DNA of 56,787 nt, filler included, from Theionarchaea archaeon (GCA_018992565.1; 3 parts of 3 records of this genome joined end to end with filler, not necessarily neighbours in it), one strand, 5' to 3'; counted from the first letter of the whole stretch, positions 29,580-40,148 are shown. The notes: generated by a model not told the origin, from the letters alone. Translations and numbers: made by a program.

Positions 29580-30464
29580 TTACTCCTCCGGAATAATTGA
29601 GTCAATCATGAGCAGGAAGAGCAATGACAGGCCTGGTATCCCAAGATACACCACCAGCATCATCATGTCCTGCATAGTCAAAGGTCCGAAATTTCCTCCA
29701 CTGATCATGGTCAGCGTTGACATGACTATAACCAGGAAGATGGTGCCAAATACTGGAATGGTAATATAGCTCTCAGCAAAGAGCCCCAGGTTTTCTGCGA
29801 AGTCCTTCATCATCTGCCTGTACTCTACCATCATGTTTTCAGCCTCATTGTGCAGGTACATTTTGAGGTCTCCTCCTGAACGCACAGTCGTGGTAATGCC
29901 CATGAGCAGTTCAGAAAAACGCCGGGAGGGCGTATTCTGCGTATAATCATGAAGAACAGTGACAATGTCTTTTCCAAAGAATCTGCAGTCTCTGGTTATG
30001 TTCTTGGCTTCCTCTGCTATTTCTCCGTAGAGCTCAGATCGAGCCAGGGAATCAAATACGGCATCTGGGGGAACACCAGCCCCTGCCATGGCTGCCATGT
30101 ACGGGACAGCAAAGGGCAGCTTTGAGTCAATAGCCCTCTTCCTGGAATCACTTATGAGACTGGGATAAACATAGAAAAAAGCGAACATGAATAGAGGGGT
30201 CAAAATAGAGGTGAGGGCCATTGCCAGGGTGATGGCCAGTCCTTCTTTTCCTATGAGGGACATGAATATGGCCACTGTCAACATCATGAGAGGAGTGATA
30301 ATGGCAATAATCAATGCTGCATAGGAGAAGTATTCCCCCACCGTAATGCGGATATTTGCCCTTCGAATATTCGTCCGCAAGTTTGCCGAGCCGCCAAATA
30401 GAGGATCCATGATTGGGCCAAAGATCTTGTAGGCCAACCGGGAAAGGGCAAGAGCAATATTCAT
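29580..30464 (-). CDS. Type IV pilus platform protein (TadB/TadC, T2SS-F domain)
   Basis: Motifs IDSKLPFAVPYM.AMA.AG, YGEIAEE, TPS..F.ELL, SGGDL. Confidence 0.9.
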   Translation of the reverse strand: MNIALALSRLAYKIFGPIMDPLFGGSANLRTNIRRANIRITVGEYFSYAALIIAIITPLMMLTVAIFMSLIGKEGLAITLAMALTSILTPLFMFAFFYVYPSLISDSRKRAIDSKLPFAVPYMAAMAGAGVPPDAVFDSLARSELYGEIAEEAKNITRDCRFFGKDIVTVLHDYTQNTPSRRFSELLMGITTTVRSGGDLKMYLHNEAENMMVEYRQMMKDFAENLGLFAESYITIPVFGTIFLVIVMSTLTMISGGNFGPLTMQDMMMLVVYLGIPGLSLLFLLMIDSIIPEE

Positions 30465-32098
30465 GCTGTTGCCTCGATCTTGCTGAGAACTGATTCAGGA
30501 TCCCTGTAGTACTCAGCAATGATTTCCGCTACATCCTTATAGAACCTGATCTGGTTATTGTGCATCCAGCTGATGATCTGCTTTCTTCTTTCGATCTCCT
30601 TGAGAATCTCCTCCATGGACATCCCCTTCTCTTTTTCCAGTCGCTCCAGCAGGTAGCTTCTGCCAGTGAACCTGAAGGTGTCCTCAAAGGGGTTCCACTC
30701 ATACAAGGTATTGGTAATCACCTCTTTCGTGGAAGGGTCCAGATCCACCACTTCCACAATGTCAGTGATTCTCCGAGTGATTTTCCCTCTGAGCCTTACC
30801 CTGGCCTGGAGCAAGACAATGTCAAGGTTCTTGATGAGGATACGTGGGCAGTTGATAGGCTCTGATTCCAGACGGTGGACCACACCCTGGGGAGAATCAG
30901 CGTGAATGGTGCCCATGGCTGCGTGGCCTGTAGCTATTGCCTGGAAGAGGGTGTATGCTTCTTTGCCTCGTACCTCCCCCACCACAATATAGTCAGGACG
31001 TTGTCGCAGTGAAGCTTTCAGGAGATCAAACATATCCACTTCACCCATTCTCTTACCAGAAGCTGTAATCGGTCCAAATCCTGCTCTTGTAACTGCAGGA
31101 ATCCAGTTCTGGTGAGCCACGTTAAGCTCTGCAGTGTCCTCAATAGAAACGATCTTGGCCTCAGGTTTGATGAACAGGCAAAGGCAGTTCAGCGTGGTAG
31201 TCTTACCAGAAGCTGTTCCACCTGCTATGAGGATAGATACTCCTTTTTCCATGAAGAACCACATCAGAGCCAGCATGGAAGCAGAGAATGTACCAAATGA
31301 CATCATATCTGGAGGTGTTAGGGGGTCCTCTCTGAATTTACGGATAGTAAACGTAGATCCATGCATGGTCACCTCCTTTCCCAGAGAAAGCTGCACACGA
31401 GAACCATCAGGAAGAGATCCATCCAGCAGAGGCTCTGCAATAGACACGTGACGCTGGCAGCGCTGAGCCAGCTTAATGATGAAGGAATCCAGTTCGTCTG
31501 CGTTCTTGAAGATCACGTTGGACTGCAGATTCTCAAAGTGGCGATGGAAGATGTAGACTGGAATAGCTGGGCCATCGCAGGAGATGTCTTCAATGTTTGG
31601 ATCCCTCAGAATAGGATCAATTCTGTTATATCCAACGAATTCTCTGGTAACATAGTACGTAAGACGTTCGTAGCTTGATCTGTCCATGCGCATTCTGTAC
31701 TTCCTGATGACATTATTTACCTCTCTGCGCAGGTAATCAGTCAACCCACCTTCATCCAGTGTCTTGAAGTCAATGTTGATAGTCTCATGCAGGATGGCAT
31801 TGATCTGTTCCATCTTTAGTTCATCCTCCCTGGTTAGCCCGGGTTCTAGCACTTTGTAGTACATTTCCTTGGCATCAGTATCATAATACACATTCACATA
31901 TGCATAAGGGGGGTTGATGGGATAGGTGATATTAAGCTTGTTAAGAGGAATTTCCAGAACGTCAGCATCCAATAAGGGTGATGCGAGCTGGACTCCACCT
32001 GCATTATAAATATTGACTGGCGGCCCAAATTTGGATTCAGGTTCTTCCAATTGGAGTTGTTTCTGCTTTGATTTTCTGAGTGTGAGATTGAAAGCCAT
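30461..32098 (-). CDS. Type II/IV secretion system ATPase (TadA/FlaI/VirB11 family)
   Basis: Motifs DPNIEDISCDG, Walker A GGTASGKTT, SIEDTAE, LRQRPDYIVVGEVRG, TGH..GTIHA. Confidence 0.95.
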   Translation of the reverse strand: MAFNLTLRKSKQKQLQLEEPESKFGPPVNIYNAGGVQLASPLLDADVLEIPLNKLNITYPINPPYAYVNVYYDTDAKEMYYKVLEPGLTREDELKMEQINAILHETINIDFKTLDEGGLTDYLRREVNNVIRKYRMRMDRSSYERLTYYVTREFVGYNRIDPILRDPNIEDISCDGPAIPVYIFHRHFENLQSNVIFKNADELDSFIIKLAQRCQRHVSIAEPLLDGSLPDGSRVQLSLGKEVTMHGSTFTIRKFREDPLTPPDMMSFGTFSASMLALMWFFMEKGVSILIAGGTASGKTTTLNCLCLFIKPEAKIVSIEDTAELNVAHQNWIPAVTRAGFGPITASGKRMGEVDMFDLLKASLRQRPDYIVVGEVRGKEAYTLFQAIATGHAAMGTIHADSPQGVVHRLESEPINCPRILIKNLDIVLLQARVRLRGKITRRITDIVEVVDLDPSTKEVITNTLYEWNPFEDTFRFTGRSYLLERLEKEKGMSMEEILKEIERRKQIISWMHNNQIRFYKDVAEIIAEYYRDPESVLSKIEATA

Positions 32099-32265
32099 AG
32101 TATCACCTACTTACTATCAGAATAGTAGTCCTTCCTTATTAAAGGTTTCCATACCTGAGGAGTAACGTTCAGCATCAGATTGGAGATTGAGACTACTTCA
32201 TGCAGTAACATAGTACATTCTGTATTGACACCCTCCTTTATAAACTTTAATACCCTACCGAAAGT

Positions 32266-32964
32266 ATGTATTCCCCTGTAGAGAGGGCCCTCCACGTACA
32301 GGATATGGTTTCTTCCGGAGATAAAAGGAAGTACTACCGGTTTAGACCGGCGCCCTTTTATGGAGGCATTGCCACTGCAGACTGCGTGGGGTGCCCCCTG
32401 ACGTGTGTCTTCTGCTGGAGCGGCTTTCCCCGTGATCACCCAGAAAAAGCAGGGGACTGGTACAGCTCTCAGCAGGTCTTTGATGAGCTGGTGAGCATTG
32501 CCAAAAAGAAAAGATACTCCAGCTTGAGAGTAAGTGGAAATGAGCCCACCTTGGGCCAGGAACATCTCATTAATGTGCTGAAAAGAGTCGAGAAGACGCC
32601 ATATCAGTTCATCTTGGAAACATCCGGAATACTCATCGATGATCAGTATGCAAAAGCTCTTTCCAACTTCAAGAATGTACATGTACGGGTCTCCCTGAAG
32701 GGAGCGTGTGAAGAAGAATTCACTCACCTCACCGGATGTGATCCTGAAGGGTTCAAAATGCAGCTCTTAGCACTACAGAATTTGAAAAAGCACGGTGTAC
32801 CCTGCCATCCAGCAGTGATGGTTTCATTTTCAACGCCGGAAAAGGTAGAAGAGCTTATAGGGAGGCTGTCCTATATTTCCTCATCATTCTATGTGGAAGA
32901 AGAACATGTGATGCTCTATCCTCTGGTGAAAAGGCGATTGAGAAAGGCAGGATTTCTCCCGTAA
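32266..32964 (+). CDS. Archaeal radical SAM protein (PflA/activase-like)
   Basis: CxxxCxxC (CPLTCVFC), RVSGNEP, FILETSG, VRVSLKG. Confidence 0.88.
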   Translation: MYSPVERALHVQDMVSSGDKRKYYRFRPAPFYGGIATADCVGCPLTCVFCWSGFPRDHPEKAGDWYSSQQVFDELVSIAKKKRYSSLRVSGNEPTLGQEHLINVLKRVEKTPYQFILETSGILIDDQYAKALSNFKNVHVRVSLKGACEEEFTHLTGCDPEGFKMQLLALQNLKKHGVPCHPAVMVSFSTPEKVEELIGRLSYISSSFYVEEEHVMLYPLVKRRLRKAGFLP

Positions 32965-33147
32965 CTCCGTTAACACATCATTCTCGGCGAGGCGGATGTC
33001 ATTTGTGATGCTGGTTCTCAGCATTCCTCGAAACTCTGGCTGCTCTGTCATATATTTGAAAGGAAGTGAAATGGCTGTTACAATGAAAGAATAGAAAATA
33101 ATTTGTCACAGAAGGACAACCTTTTTAAGCCAAACGGAAAAAGAGCC

Positions 33148-34542
33148 ATGATGATAACCATTCCCGATGAGATCATGAACTTCCTTGGTAAGAAGGGAGG
33201 ACAGACACTTCTCATAAAAGGGCGCGCAGGGAGTGGAAAGACCATTCTCTCACTGTCTCTTATAAAAGCCTGCAAGAACAACGGCATCTACCTGTCCACC
33301 CGAGTGAGACCTGACGATCTGTACAGGGATTGTCCGTGGATCAAAGACCAGTTGTCCAAGAGCAATATTGTAGATGCTACCAACCCTCTCAAAGAGAGAA
33401 TCGCTGTTCAGGAGAGAGATTTCTCAGAAGTGATTAAGTACGGCTCAAAGGAAGACTTCTTAGTGGCCCTCTATGAGCGAGTGGCCCAGCTGGCCCATCC
33501 CGTGGTGGTCATAGACTCCTGGGATGCTGTCATATCCAATTTACACACTTCTGAGGAAAGGATGGAAAAGGCCATCATTGAACTGTGCAAAGAAACCCAG
33601 ACCAACCTTATCTTAGTTGGAGAGCATCCTGAGGAAACCAAGCTGGACTATCTCATGGATGGTGTCATAGCACTGGAGCGCACCCGAATTGACGACAGAC
33701 GATTGCGGGTTATCCATCTGGTAAAATTGCGGGGTGTCGAGATCCACCAGCCTCAATACGTATTCACACTTGAAGACGGCATGTTCAGGAGTTTTGGACG
33801 GTTTGAACCCAGGCACATTGATAATCCCAAGATGTGGATTCCACTTCCCGACTCGGAGAAGGCTTTTTCTACAGGATGTGAGAATCTGGACGAAATTCTG
33901 AAAGGAGGATTCAAGAGGGGAAGCCTCAACTTGTTTGAGGAAGAACTTGATGTTTCCCGGACAGCTGAAGGATACTTGTGGAGGTGCTGCCTGTTCAATT
34001 TTCTGGCGCAGGACCGAGGTGTGGTTCTGTTGGCCGGAGAAGGAGTCAGTCCACAGAAACTGAAAGAGCTGTCAGTGCCCTATGTCGGAGAAGAGGTGTG
34101 GAACAGGCTAGTGCGCATTGGGGTATATGATATTGAAGAAACAGATGAATCCTACATAATTTCAGTGAAAGGAACATCGGAAGAACGGTATGCAACCTGG
34201 AAAGCTGTTCTGAGTGAACTCAAGACAAAGACCGGACAACCTATCCAGGACTACACAGCCCTGGATACGCTTGAATTCAGAAGCGGCGTGGAGAATACCA
34301 TAAAGAAAATGGGAAGAGGAGTTCGAGAGCTGAAGAATTCCGGAGATCTGCAAATCGCCTTGCTCAAACCTGGGCTCGAAGTGTCAAAACAGATCATCAA
34401 CCTGGCTGAGACATACTTCAGGGTCCGATCCATGTATGGCACGGCATTGTTGTATGGGGTCCATCCAGAAACAGGGTTCTACGTCATCGAAGTTGATTCA
34501 TCAAAAGGAGTTCCTCAGACTAAATTGGTACCTATTGTGTGA
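33148..34542 (+). CDS. KaiC/GvpD-like RecA-superfamily ATPase with two domains, the second degenerate
   Basis: Walker A GRAGSGKT, YLSTRV, Walker B VVVIDSWD, KLRG finger. The second domain starts STGCENLDEILKGG but lacks GKT. Confidence 0.85.
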   Translation: MMITIPDEIMNFLGKKGGQTLLIKGRAGSGKTILSLSLIKACKNNGIYLSTRVRPDDLYRDCPWIKDQLSKSNIVDATNPLKERIAVQERDFSEVIKYGSKEDFLVALYERVAQLAHPVVVIDSWDAVISNLHTSEERMEKAIIELCKETQTNLILVGEHPEETKLDYLMDGVIALERTRIDDRRLRVIHLVKLRGVEIHQPQYVFTLEDGMFRSFGRFEPRHIDNPKMWIPLPDSEKAFSTGCENLDEILKGGFKRGSLNLFEEELDVSRTAEGYLWRCCLFNFLAQDRGVVLLAGEGVSPQKLKELSVPYVGEEVWNRLVRIGVYDIEETDESYIISVKGTSEERYATWKAVLSELKTKTGQPIQDYTALDTLEFRSGVENTIKKMGRGVRELKNSGDLQIALLKPGLEVSKQIINLAETYFRVRSMYGTALLYGVHPETGFYVIEVDSSKGVPQTKLVPIV

Positions 34543-35147
34543 GAATTCACGGGGATCGTGGGATTCTGTCGGGTTTTCTTCGTACAGCCTATTATAGTTG
34601 ACTGCTTTTCTCAACAGAGCAGCAGTACAGCAGTTCCACGGTCAAGAGCAGCCTCACTATCACGCCGCGAAATTGTATACCGCTCCCTGCAGCACGGTGC
34701 CATGTACAACCATCCCTGAAGCCCCTGCACCTTCTCCCGAACTTCAATCATGCACTTCCATTCAGAATGGTCCAGACCTCTACTTCCACAGCCCTCGTTC
34801 TGGAATTCCTAAGGAATCCAGATGATAGAATGCTTTTTCTCTGACTCCGGGATGAGACGAGAATCGCGGTCAGACAAAGGCAAGGCGTACAACAGTGCTT
34901 CCATCCTTTTCTACACTTTGTGAGTCGATCAAAACAAAACAGCCCCAGCAAGAAACAGCTTACTCCATGAAATCCAAAAAAGGCCTTATAGCAGTCGTTC
35001 CTGCTGATATCACTGGCTGAAGTGATTATTCCACCATAGAAACGTTTCTATATCAAGACAGGCATCACAACACATGCTGCCTGCTCTTCACTCCCAACAG
35101 GGACGAGGAACCAGTAAGGTTAAAAAGGAGAAGGCTTTAGCTGCTGT

Positions 35148-35819
35148 ATGCACCCACTCATTGAAAAGGGCATGAATGAAAAGAGGAGTCTGTTGGAGCC
35201 TGAAGCCAAGACATTGCTCAGAGAGTACAATTTGCCAGTACCTGAATTTCAGATATGTTCTACACCAGAAGAGGCTGCAGCTGCTGCTGAACGGCTGACA
35301 TACCCTATGGTGATGAAAGTCGTGTCTCCCGATATTTCACATAAAACAGATATTGGAGGTGTGAGAGTAGGGTTACAGTCCAGAGAAGATATGAAGGCAG
35401 CTTTCAAGGAAATCAAGGAGGCTGCACAATCCCATGGGACCTTTGCTGGAGTTATTGTATATCACATGCAGGATCAGGGCACAGAAATCATCATTGGGGT
35501 CACCTATGATACACAGTTTGAGCACGCTCTCATGTTTGGATTAGGGGGCATATTTGTAGAGGTGCTGAGAGATATCTCATTCAGGCTTATTCCCATTACC
35601 GAACACGACGCTTGGGAGATGGTCCATGAAATCAAAGGATACCCTGTGCTTACCGGGGTGCGGGGCCAACTTCCCAGAGACATTGAGGCAGTTGTGGATG
35701 CGTTGCTCAAGGTCTCTCTTCTGGTGGAGGAAAATCCTCAGATACATGAGCTGGATTTGAACCCTGTGTTCGTTTATGACAAAGGAATATCCATAATTGA
35801 TGCCCGGATCGTCATGTGA
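35148..35819 (+). CDS. acdB: ADP-forming acyl-CoA synthetase beta subunit (ATP-grasp)
   Basis: Motifs LLEPEAK, PMVMKVVSPDISHKTDIGGV, MFGLGGIFVEV, ELDLNPV, DAR. Confidence 0.92.
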   Translation: MHPLIEKGMNEKRSLLEPEAKTLLREYNLPVPEFQICSTPEEAAAAAERLTYPMVMKVVSPDISHKTDIGGVRVGLQSREDMKAAFKEIKEAAQSHGTFAGVIVYHMQDQGTEIIIGVTYDTQFEHALMFGLGGIFVEVLRDISFRLIPITEHDAWEMVHEIKGYPVLTGVRGQLPRDIEAVVDALLKVSLLVEENPQIHELDLNPVFVYDKGISIIDARIVM

Positions 35820-35832
35820 TACTTGTGATACT

Positions 35833-36771
35833 ATGAGAATGGTCATCGCACTGGGTGGAAATGCCATAAAGAAACCCAGAGAGAAAGGCACAGCTGCTGA
35901 ACAGCTGAGGAATGTGCAGGAAACCTGTCAACATATCTGGGAACTGGTGAGAGATAACCAGGTGGTAATAACCCACGGAAATGGACCCCAGGTGGGGAAC
36001 ATACTCATCCAACAGGAAGCCAGCGAACCCTATGTCCCTGCCATGCCACTGGATATCTGCGTTGCAGAGAGTCAGGGATTAATAGGGTACATGATTCAGC
36101 AGTCACTGAGAAATGTGCTCCAGACCCACGGCGTCCACAAGGATGTGGTGACTATCATCAGTCAGGTGGTGGTCAACAAGGAGGATCCAGCTTTCAAGAC
36201 CCCTACAAAACCCATAGGGCCCTTTTTCTCTCAGGGACGAGCAGAAGAGCTGAAAAAGGAGGGAATATCTGTTATGGAAGATGCAGGCAGGGGTTACAGA
36301 CGTGTCGTTCCTTCCCCGGATCCCCTGAGGATGGTGGAAGCGCCTGTGGTTGCATCGCTCCTGGATCTGGGCATTGTTGTCATCGCAGCAGGCGGGGGAG
36401 GGATCCCGGTAGGAGAGAAAGCTGCTCTCCGTGGAATTGAAGCAGTAATAGACAAGGACCTGGCCTCAGAGCTGGTAGCAGAAGCGATTGAGGCAGACTA
36501 TCTTATTATTCTCACCGATGTCGAGCAGGTGGCCCTGGATTACAACAAGAAGACACAGCAGAATCTCGAGATCCTCACAGATAGGGAGGCTGAGAAATAT
36601 CTGGCTCAGGGTCATTTTGCCCCGGGAAGCATGGGGCCCAAGATTCTCTCTGCCATTCGATTCTTAAGAGGTGGTGGAAGGAAAGCAATCATCACCTCCC
36701 CTGGCAAAGTACGTGATGCCCTCCAGGGAGAAGGGGGTACTCATATAATACCTCATCAGAGCAATCAGTAG
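35833..36771 (+). CDS. arcC: Carbamate kinase
   Basis: Motifs VIALGGNA, THGNGPQVG, PTKPIGP, RRVVPSP, GGGGIP, EAVIDKD, GSMGPK. Confidence 0.96.
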   Translation: MRMVIALGGNAIKKPREKGTAAEQLRNVQETCQHIWELVRDNQVVITHGNGPQVGNILIQQEASEPYVPAMPLDICVAESQGLIGYMIQQSLRNVLQTHGVHKDVVTIISQVVVNKEDPAFKTPTKPIGPFFSQGRAEELKKEGISVMEDAGRGYRRVVPSPDPLRMVEAPVVASLLDLGIVVIAAGGGGIPVGEKAALRGIEAVIDKDLASELVAEAIEADYLIILTDVEQVALDYNKKTQQNLEILTDREAEKYLAQGHFAPGSMGPKILSAIRFLRGGGRKAIITSPGKVRDALQGEGGTHIIPHQSNQ

Positions 36772-36908
36772 TGACCACACAATTGTCTGCGCCTTTTCGT
36801 CATGTTCTTCCTTTCTTATACTTCCTAAATACCACTGCAGACAAGGTGAGAAAAAGACCAGGCGAAAGATTAATAAAGGGGCCGAAAAATTGTGGAGCAG
36901 GTGATGTT

Positions 36909-37145
36909 ATGGAAATGAGCGAAGAGGAGCTAATAGAACTGGACAGAGAAAACATCAGAATGGAAATGCGAGCTGCAGGGCTCCCCATTGACGAAGAAGA
37001 AGTGGAAAAGCTCAGGATAGCCATGCTCAAGGCGATGGTGCTTCGTACTATTGCTTCCGCTGCCCTGGTTCCCGAAACAGAAGATGAGGAAAAAGCCCAT
37101 CTACTGGAGGCAATCTATACCAATGCTCTGGCTTCTTTGCTCTAA
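36909..37145 (+). CDS. Small acidic helical hypothetical protein (78 aa)
   Basis: SD GCAGGTGA before ATG 36909; coherent amphipathic helical sequence. Confidence 0.65.
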   Translation: MEMSEEELIELDRENIRMEMRAAGLPIDEEEVEKLRIAMLKAMVLRTIASAALVPETEDEEKAHLLEAIYTNALASLL

Positions 37146-38386
37146 TTTCCAGGGTTCGTAAAAAAATCTTCTTCCAACCTTTGCCTTACTTTTTCATAAA
37201 AAGTCTCATACGGGAACTCAAGAGTCTGCCGTTCTTCATCATAATATTCCATCAGGATGCTTTGGCTCTTCCACCTGCCTGGAGGATTGCTGCGCATGGG
37301 GAACAACTTCCTGTCAACCAGTTCATCATACTGGTCAAGTTCAGTCATCAGTTTTCCTCCTAGGAAAGGGTCACCCACCGCATAGATTACACCATAGGGT
37401 TCCCCTCTTTCTACAGACTGAACCATACAGACTCTGGTGAAGATCCGTGTGTCTCTACCGAAGTTGAAGATGATGCGGTTAGTGGCTTCCACAGAATCAC
37501 ATCTCAGAAAAAGCATGAATCGAGAACATTTTGGGCCTGGAAATGGCCAGATGTAATACACCTTCTCCAGAATGTTCTTGTTCATCAGCTGCTGGTAGGC
37601 CTCCCTGAATTCCCTTAGCGAGAGATCCACATTCCTCAAATCTCTCAATTCAGCTTTCAACTCCTCTCTTTTTAGCTCCAGATGCTCTTTGCGAAGCAGT
37701 TCCTTTAATTCAGCCCTTCTTCTCTTCTTGAACTTCTTTTCAATGCGTACTATCCTCCTTAGATCGCATGCACCGTGACCATTCCATACGCGCATCAAGA
37801 GAATCTGAGCCACTTTGTTGAGAGCAATGCCAGAAAAGGACCCCCAATTTAGATCAGGAATGGGAACGTCCTCCAAGAGATGTCCAAAATCAGGTTCAGA
37901 AGAAGCTTCCGTACCATCAACTAAAAACGTAGGATTTATCAGTTTCCAATTTCCATCCAATTCAAAAAGATGATAGTATTTGATTATCTGGTTGTCTTTC
38001 AACAAATCAAGAATGCGTCTTAACCTATTGAGATCTGTATTCATGAATCCTACCATATATTTCCTGAAGATGCCTTCTTCAAGAGGAAAGAAGTAAGTCC
38101 AGCAGTTGATCTCCTGGAGCATGGAAATAATATATTCATAGGGACGATCAAACATGACAAAGGCAAATACTCGGGAGACCTTGTTTCTGAAGATTTTGCC
38201 GAAGTCGGGATACATATATGGACCTCCTAAATATTCTCTTCTTTCCAATTTTCTTTGTAACGTTGTCACATATTCCGTATATTTAAATCCGATAATACTG
38301 GAAAGCTCCTGATTCGTGAGATTTGGCTCCTGCCCCATCAATTGCAGCAACAGCTTCTCTCTTCTGGACAGATCCCTTCGCACCAT
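37142..38386 (-). CDS. wHTH regulator with apparent tandem Lrp/AsnC-like architecture (paralog of 40149-41225)
   Basis: N-terminal LSRREKLLLQLMGQEPNLTNQELS wHTH; shares GP(Y/F), I(N/D)CW..FP, NPxF, RIEK, PFP, NFGxDxR and FP(Y/F) with the paralog. Confidence 0.7.
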   Translation of the reverse strand: MVRRDLSRREKLLLQLMGQEPNLTNQELSSIIGFKYTEYVTTLQRKLERREYLGGPYMYPDFGKIFRNKVSRVFAFVMFDRPYEYIISMLQEINCWTYFFPLEEGIFRKYMVGFMNTDLNRLRRILDLLKDNQIIKYYHLFELDGNWKLINPTFLVDGTEASSEPDFGHLLEDVPIPDLNWGSFSGIALNKVAQILLMRVWNGHGACDLRRIVRIEKKFKKRRRAELKELLRKEHLELKREELKAELRDLRNVDLSLREFREAYQQLMNKNILEKVYYIWPFPGPKCSRFMLFLRCDSVEATNRIIFNFGRDTRIFTRVCMVQSVERGEPYGVIYAVGDPFLGGKLMTELDQYDELVDRKLFPMRSNPPGRWKSQSILMEYYDEERQTLEFPYETFYEKVRQRLEEDFFTNPGN

Positions 38387-38449
38387 ATAACGTTCATGGA
38401 ACAGAAATATTTAAATATTATGCCGACGTCACGTACAATGGTGATACAA

Positions 38450-38501
38450 ATGAGAAGCCGAAAGATTCTTGCGGCTGTGCTGGTGGGGCTGCTACTGGTA
38501 A
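38450..38501 (+). CDS. N-terminal signal peptide of a secreted protein cut by contig end
   Basis: MRSRKILAAVLVGLLLV... follows SD GGTGA. Confidence 0.6.
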
Positions 38502-38601
38502 NNNNNNNNNNNNNNNNNNNNNNNNNNNNNNNNNNNNNNNNNNNNTTAATTAATTAANNNNNNNNNNNNNNNNNNNNNNNNNNNNNNNNNNNNNNNNNNN
38601 N
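38502..38601. other. Artificial contig-joining linker (N44-TTAATTAATTAA-N44)
   Basis: Same linker as at 19756. Confidence 0.97.
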
Positions 38602-39690
38602 CAACGGAGCCAGTCCCCCAATACCATAACTGGTAAAGAAGCTCAGCCCATAGGCCCTCCCTCTCAACTCCACCGGTATACTCTCGGCAATCAATGAGTT
38701 CTGGACTGGCTGGAATGCATACACAGAAATCCCCAGGAGGGCAATAGAACCCGCAAGCAACAGTGAACTCCCAGCAAAAAAGAACCACATCAAAGCACCT
38801 GCTGAAACCGTGTTGAACACAATGAGCAGAGTCCTCTTGCTGTACTTATCCCCGGCCCATCCTCCTGCTGCCTGTCCCAGAATACCTGTGGCTTCTTTCA
38901 ACGTAACCAACGAGGCAGCCACAATCAAAGGCAAGAACTTCACCTCATTTATTATTGTAGGCAGAAAGTACATCAACCCATTAAAATACAACCCCTGAAA
39001 CGACGTCAATACAAGTAATATTCCAATATTCCTGTTCTCAAAGGGAATCTTCCCCATATCTTTCAACATATTACCAACAGTGTCCTCACGAACAGGTTCC
39101 TCCTTGAACTTCACAAAAAAGACGATAGCTGCTGCCACAAGAACCCCCGGGATAGCCCACAACATGTACGTGGTCCTCCATCCCAGCCCCAGGCCCACCA
39201 GGGAAATCCCCAGGACAGCCACCATCTCCGGAGAAGCCAGAAATCCCGTAAGGATGGGAGTAATGGCCTGTCCCATATTTCCCACAATCCCATGGATACC
39301 CATTGCCTTGGAGCGGTGTGCCTCAAATGCCTTAGAAACCAGTGATATCCCCGAAGGGTGGTACAGTCCTGCGCCAATACCCATGACAACAAAAAACAGG
39401 GCAAGCGTGGTCTTATTCCAGGCAAGCCCCACCAGGACTGCAGCTGCAGCACACAATACCATGGACAGAGCTGCCACCTTCCTGGAGCCAATCCGGTCAG
39501 AAAGAAATCCCGCAGGAATAGCATTGAGCCCGAATAAAAACCCAAGGAGAGAAGCAATGGCCCCGATCTCCGCAAAACTCATATCAAATTCTGCCATTAT
39601 CAAGGGCATCAGTATAGAAAATACTATCACATACGAATGATCAAGTGAATGAGCTAGTGATGTGAACACCAGGACTGACTTATGGTTCAT
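38602..39690 (-). CDS. MFS transporter (3'-truncated)
   Basis: Motif A GFLSDRIGSRK, GAGLYHP, GWAGDKYSKR, RGRAYG; multiple TM segments. Confidence 0.92.
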
Positions 39691-40148
39691 ACAATCACCT
39701 TTTAACCCACCTTAAAAACCTTGTGGATAGAAGATAACCAGGAAATGACCACTCACACTCACTCGCCACCCCTCAATGTCCCCATTTTTATAACTTTCTA
39801 CTGCGAAAAGTTTATATATAACCATCAACAATGAGGACTGCAGGAAAGGTGAGATGTTTTTCCTCCTTACTCTCCTTTCCTTTTTTTTCACCACTGCATC
39901 TCCTGATATTCCGAGTACCTGGTCTCATGTGCCCAGCTCTTCCTTTCATCCAGTTTACTTCTCACGATTCCTTTGTAAGAGCCAGAACGTGGTCTCAAGC
40001 ACTCGGTCTCCATGAAAACAGCTCTATCATGTCTTCATCAGAGCCACCTTGATCGTCCACAGGAGACTGAATACCTTTATATCTTATACCTCATTATATT
40101 CTGTGGAAACGAGGTAGAAGAGGAAGGGAACCTGAAGGAGGGTCTCAT

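Noticed and set aside
28057..32098. Archaellum (fla/arl) operon
   Set aside because: No archaellins or FlaF/G/H, and two separate TadC-like genes rather than a single FlaJ, which fits a pilus system.
32107..32727. 206-aa minus-strand ORF and other long antisense ORFs (e.g. 40215-40850, 53008-53658, 12456-12983)
   Set aside because: They shadow well-supported genes on the opposite strand and have no recognisable motifs.
33148..34542. Gas vesicle or circadian clock system
   Set aside because: No gvpA/gvpE or kaiA/kaiB genes, and the second ATPase domain is degenerate.
34543..35147. 600-bp intergenic region with short ORFs on both strands
   Set aside because: I could not support any SD, protein motif or RNA structure; the region is left unexplained.
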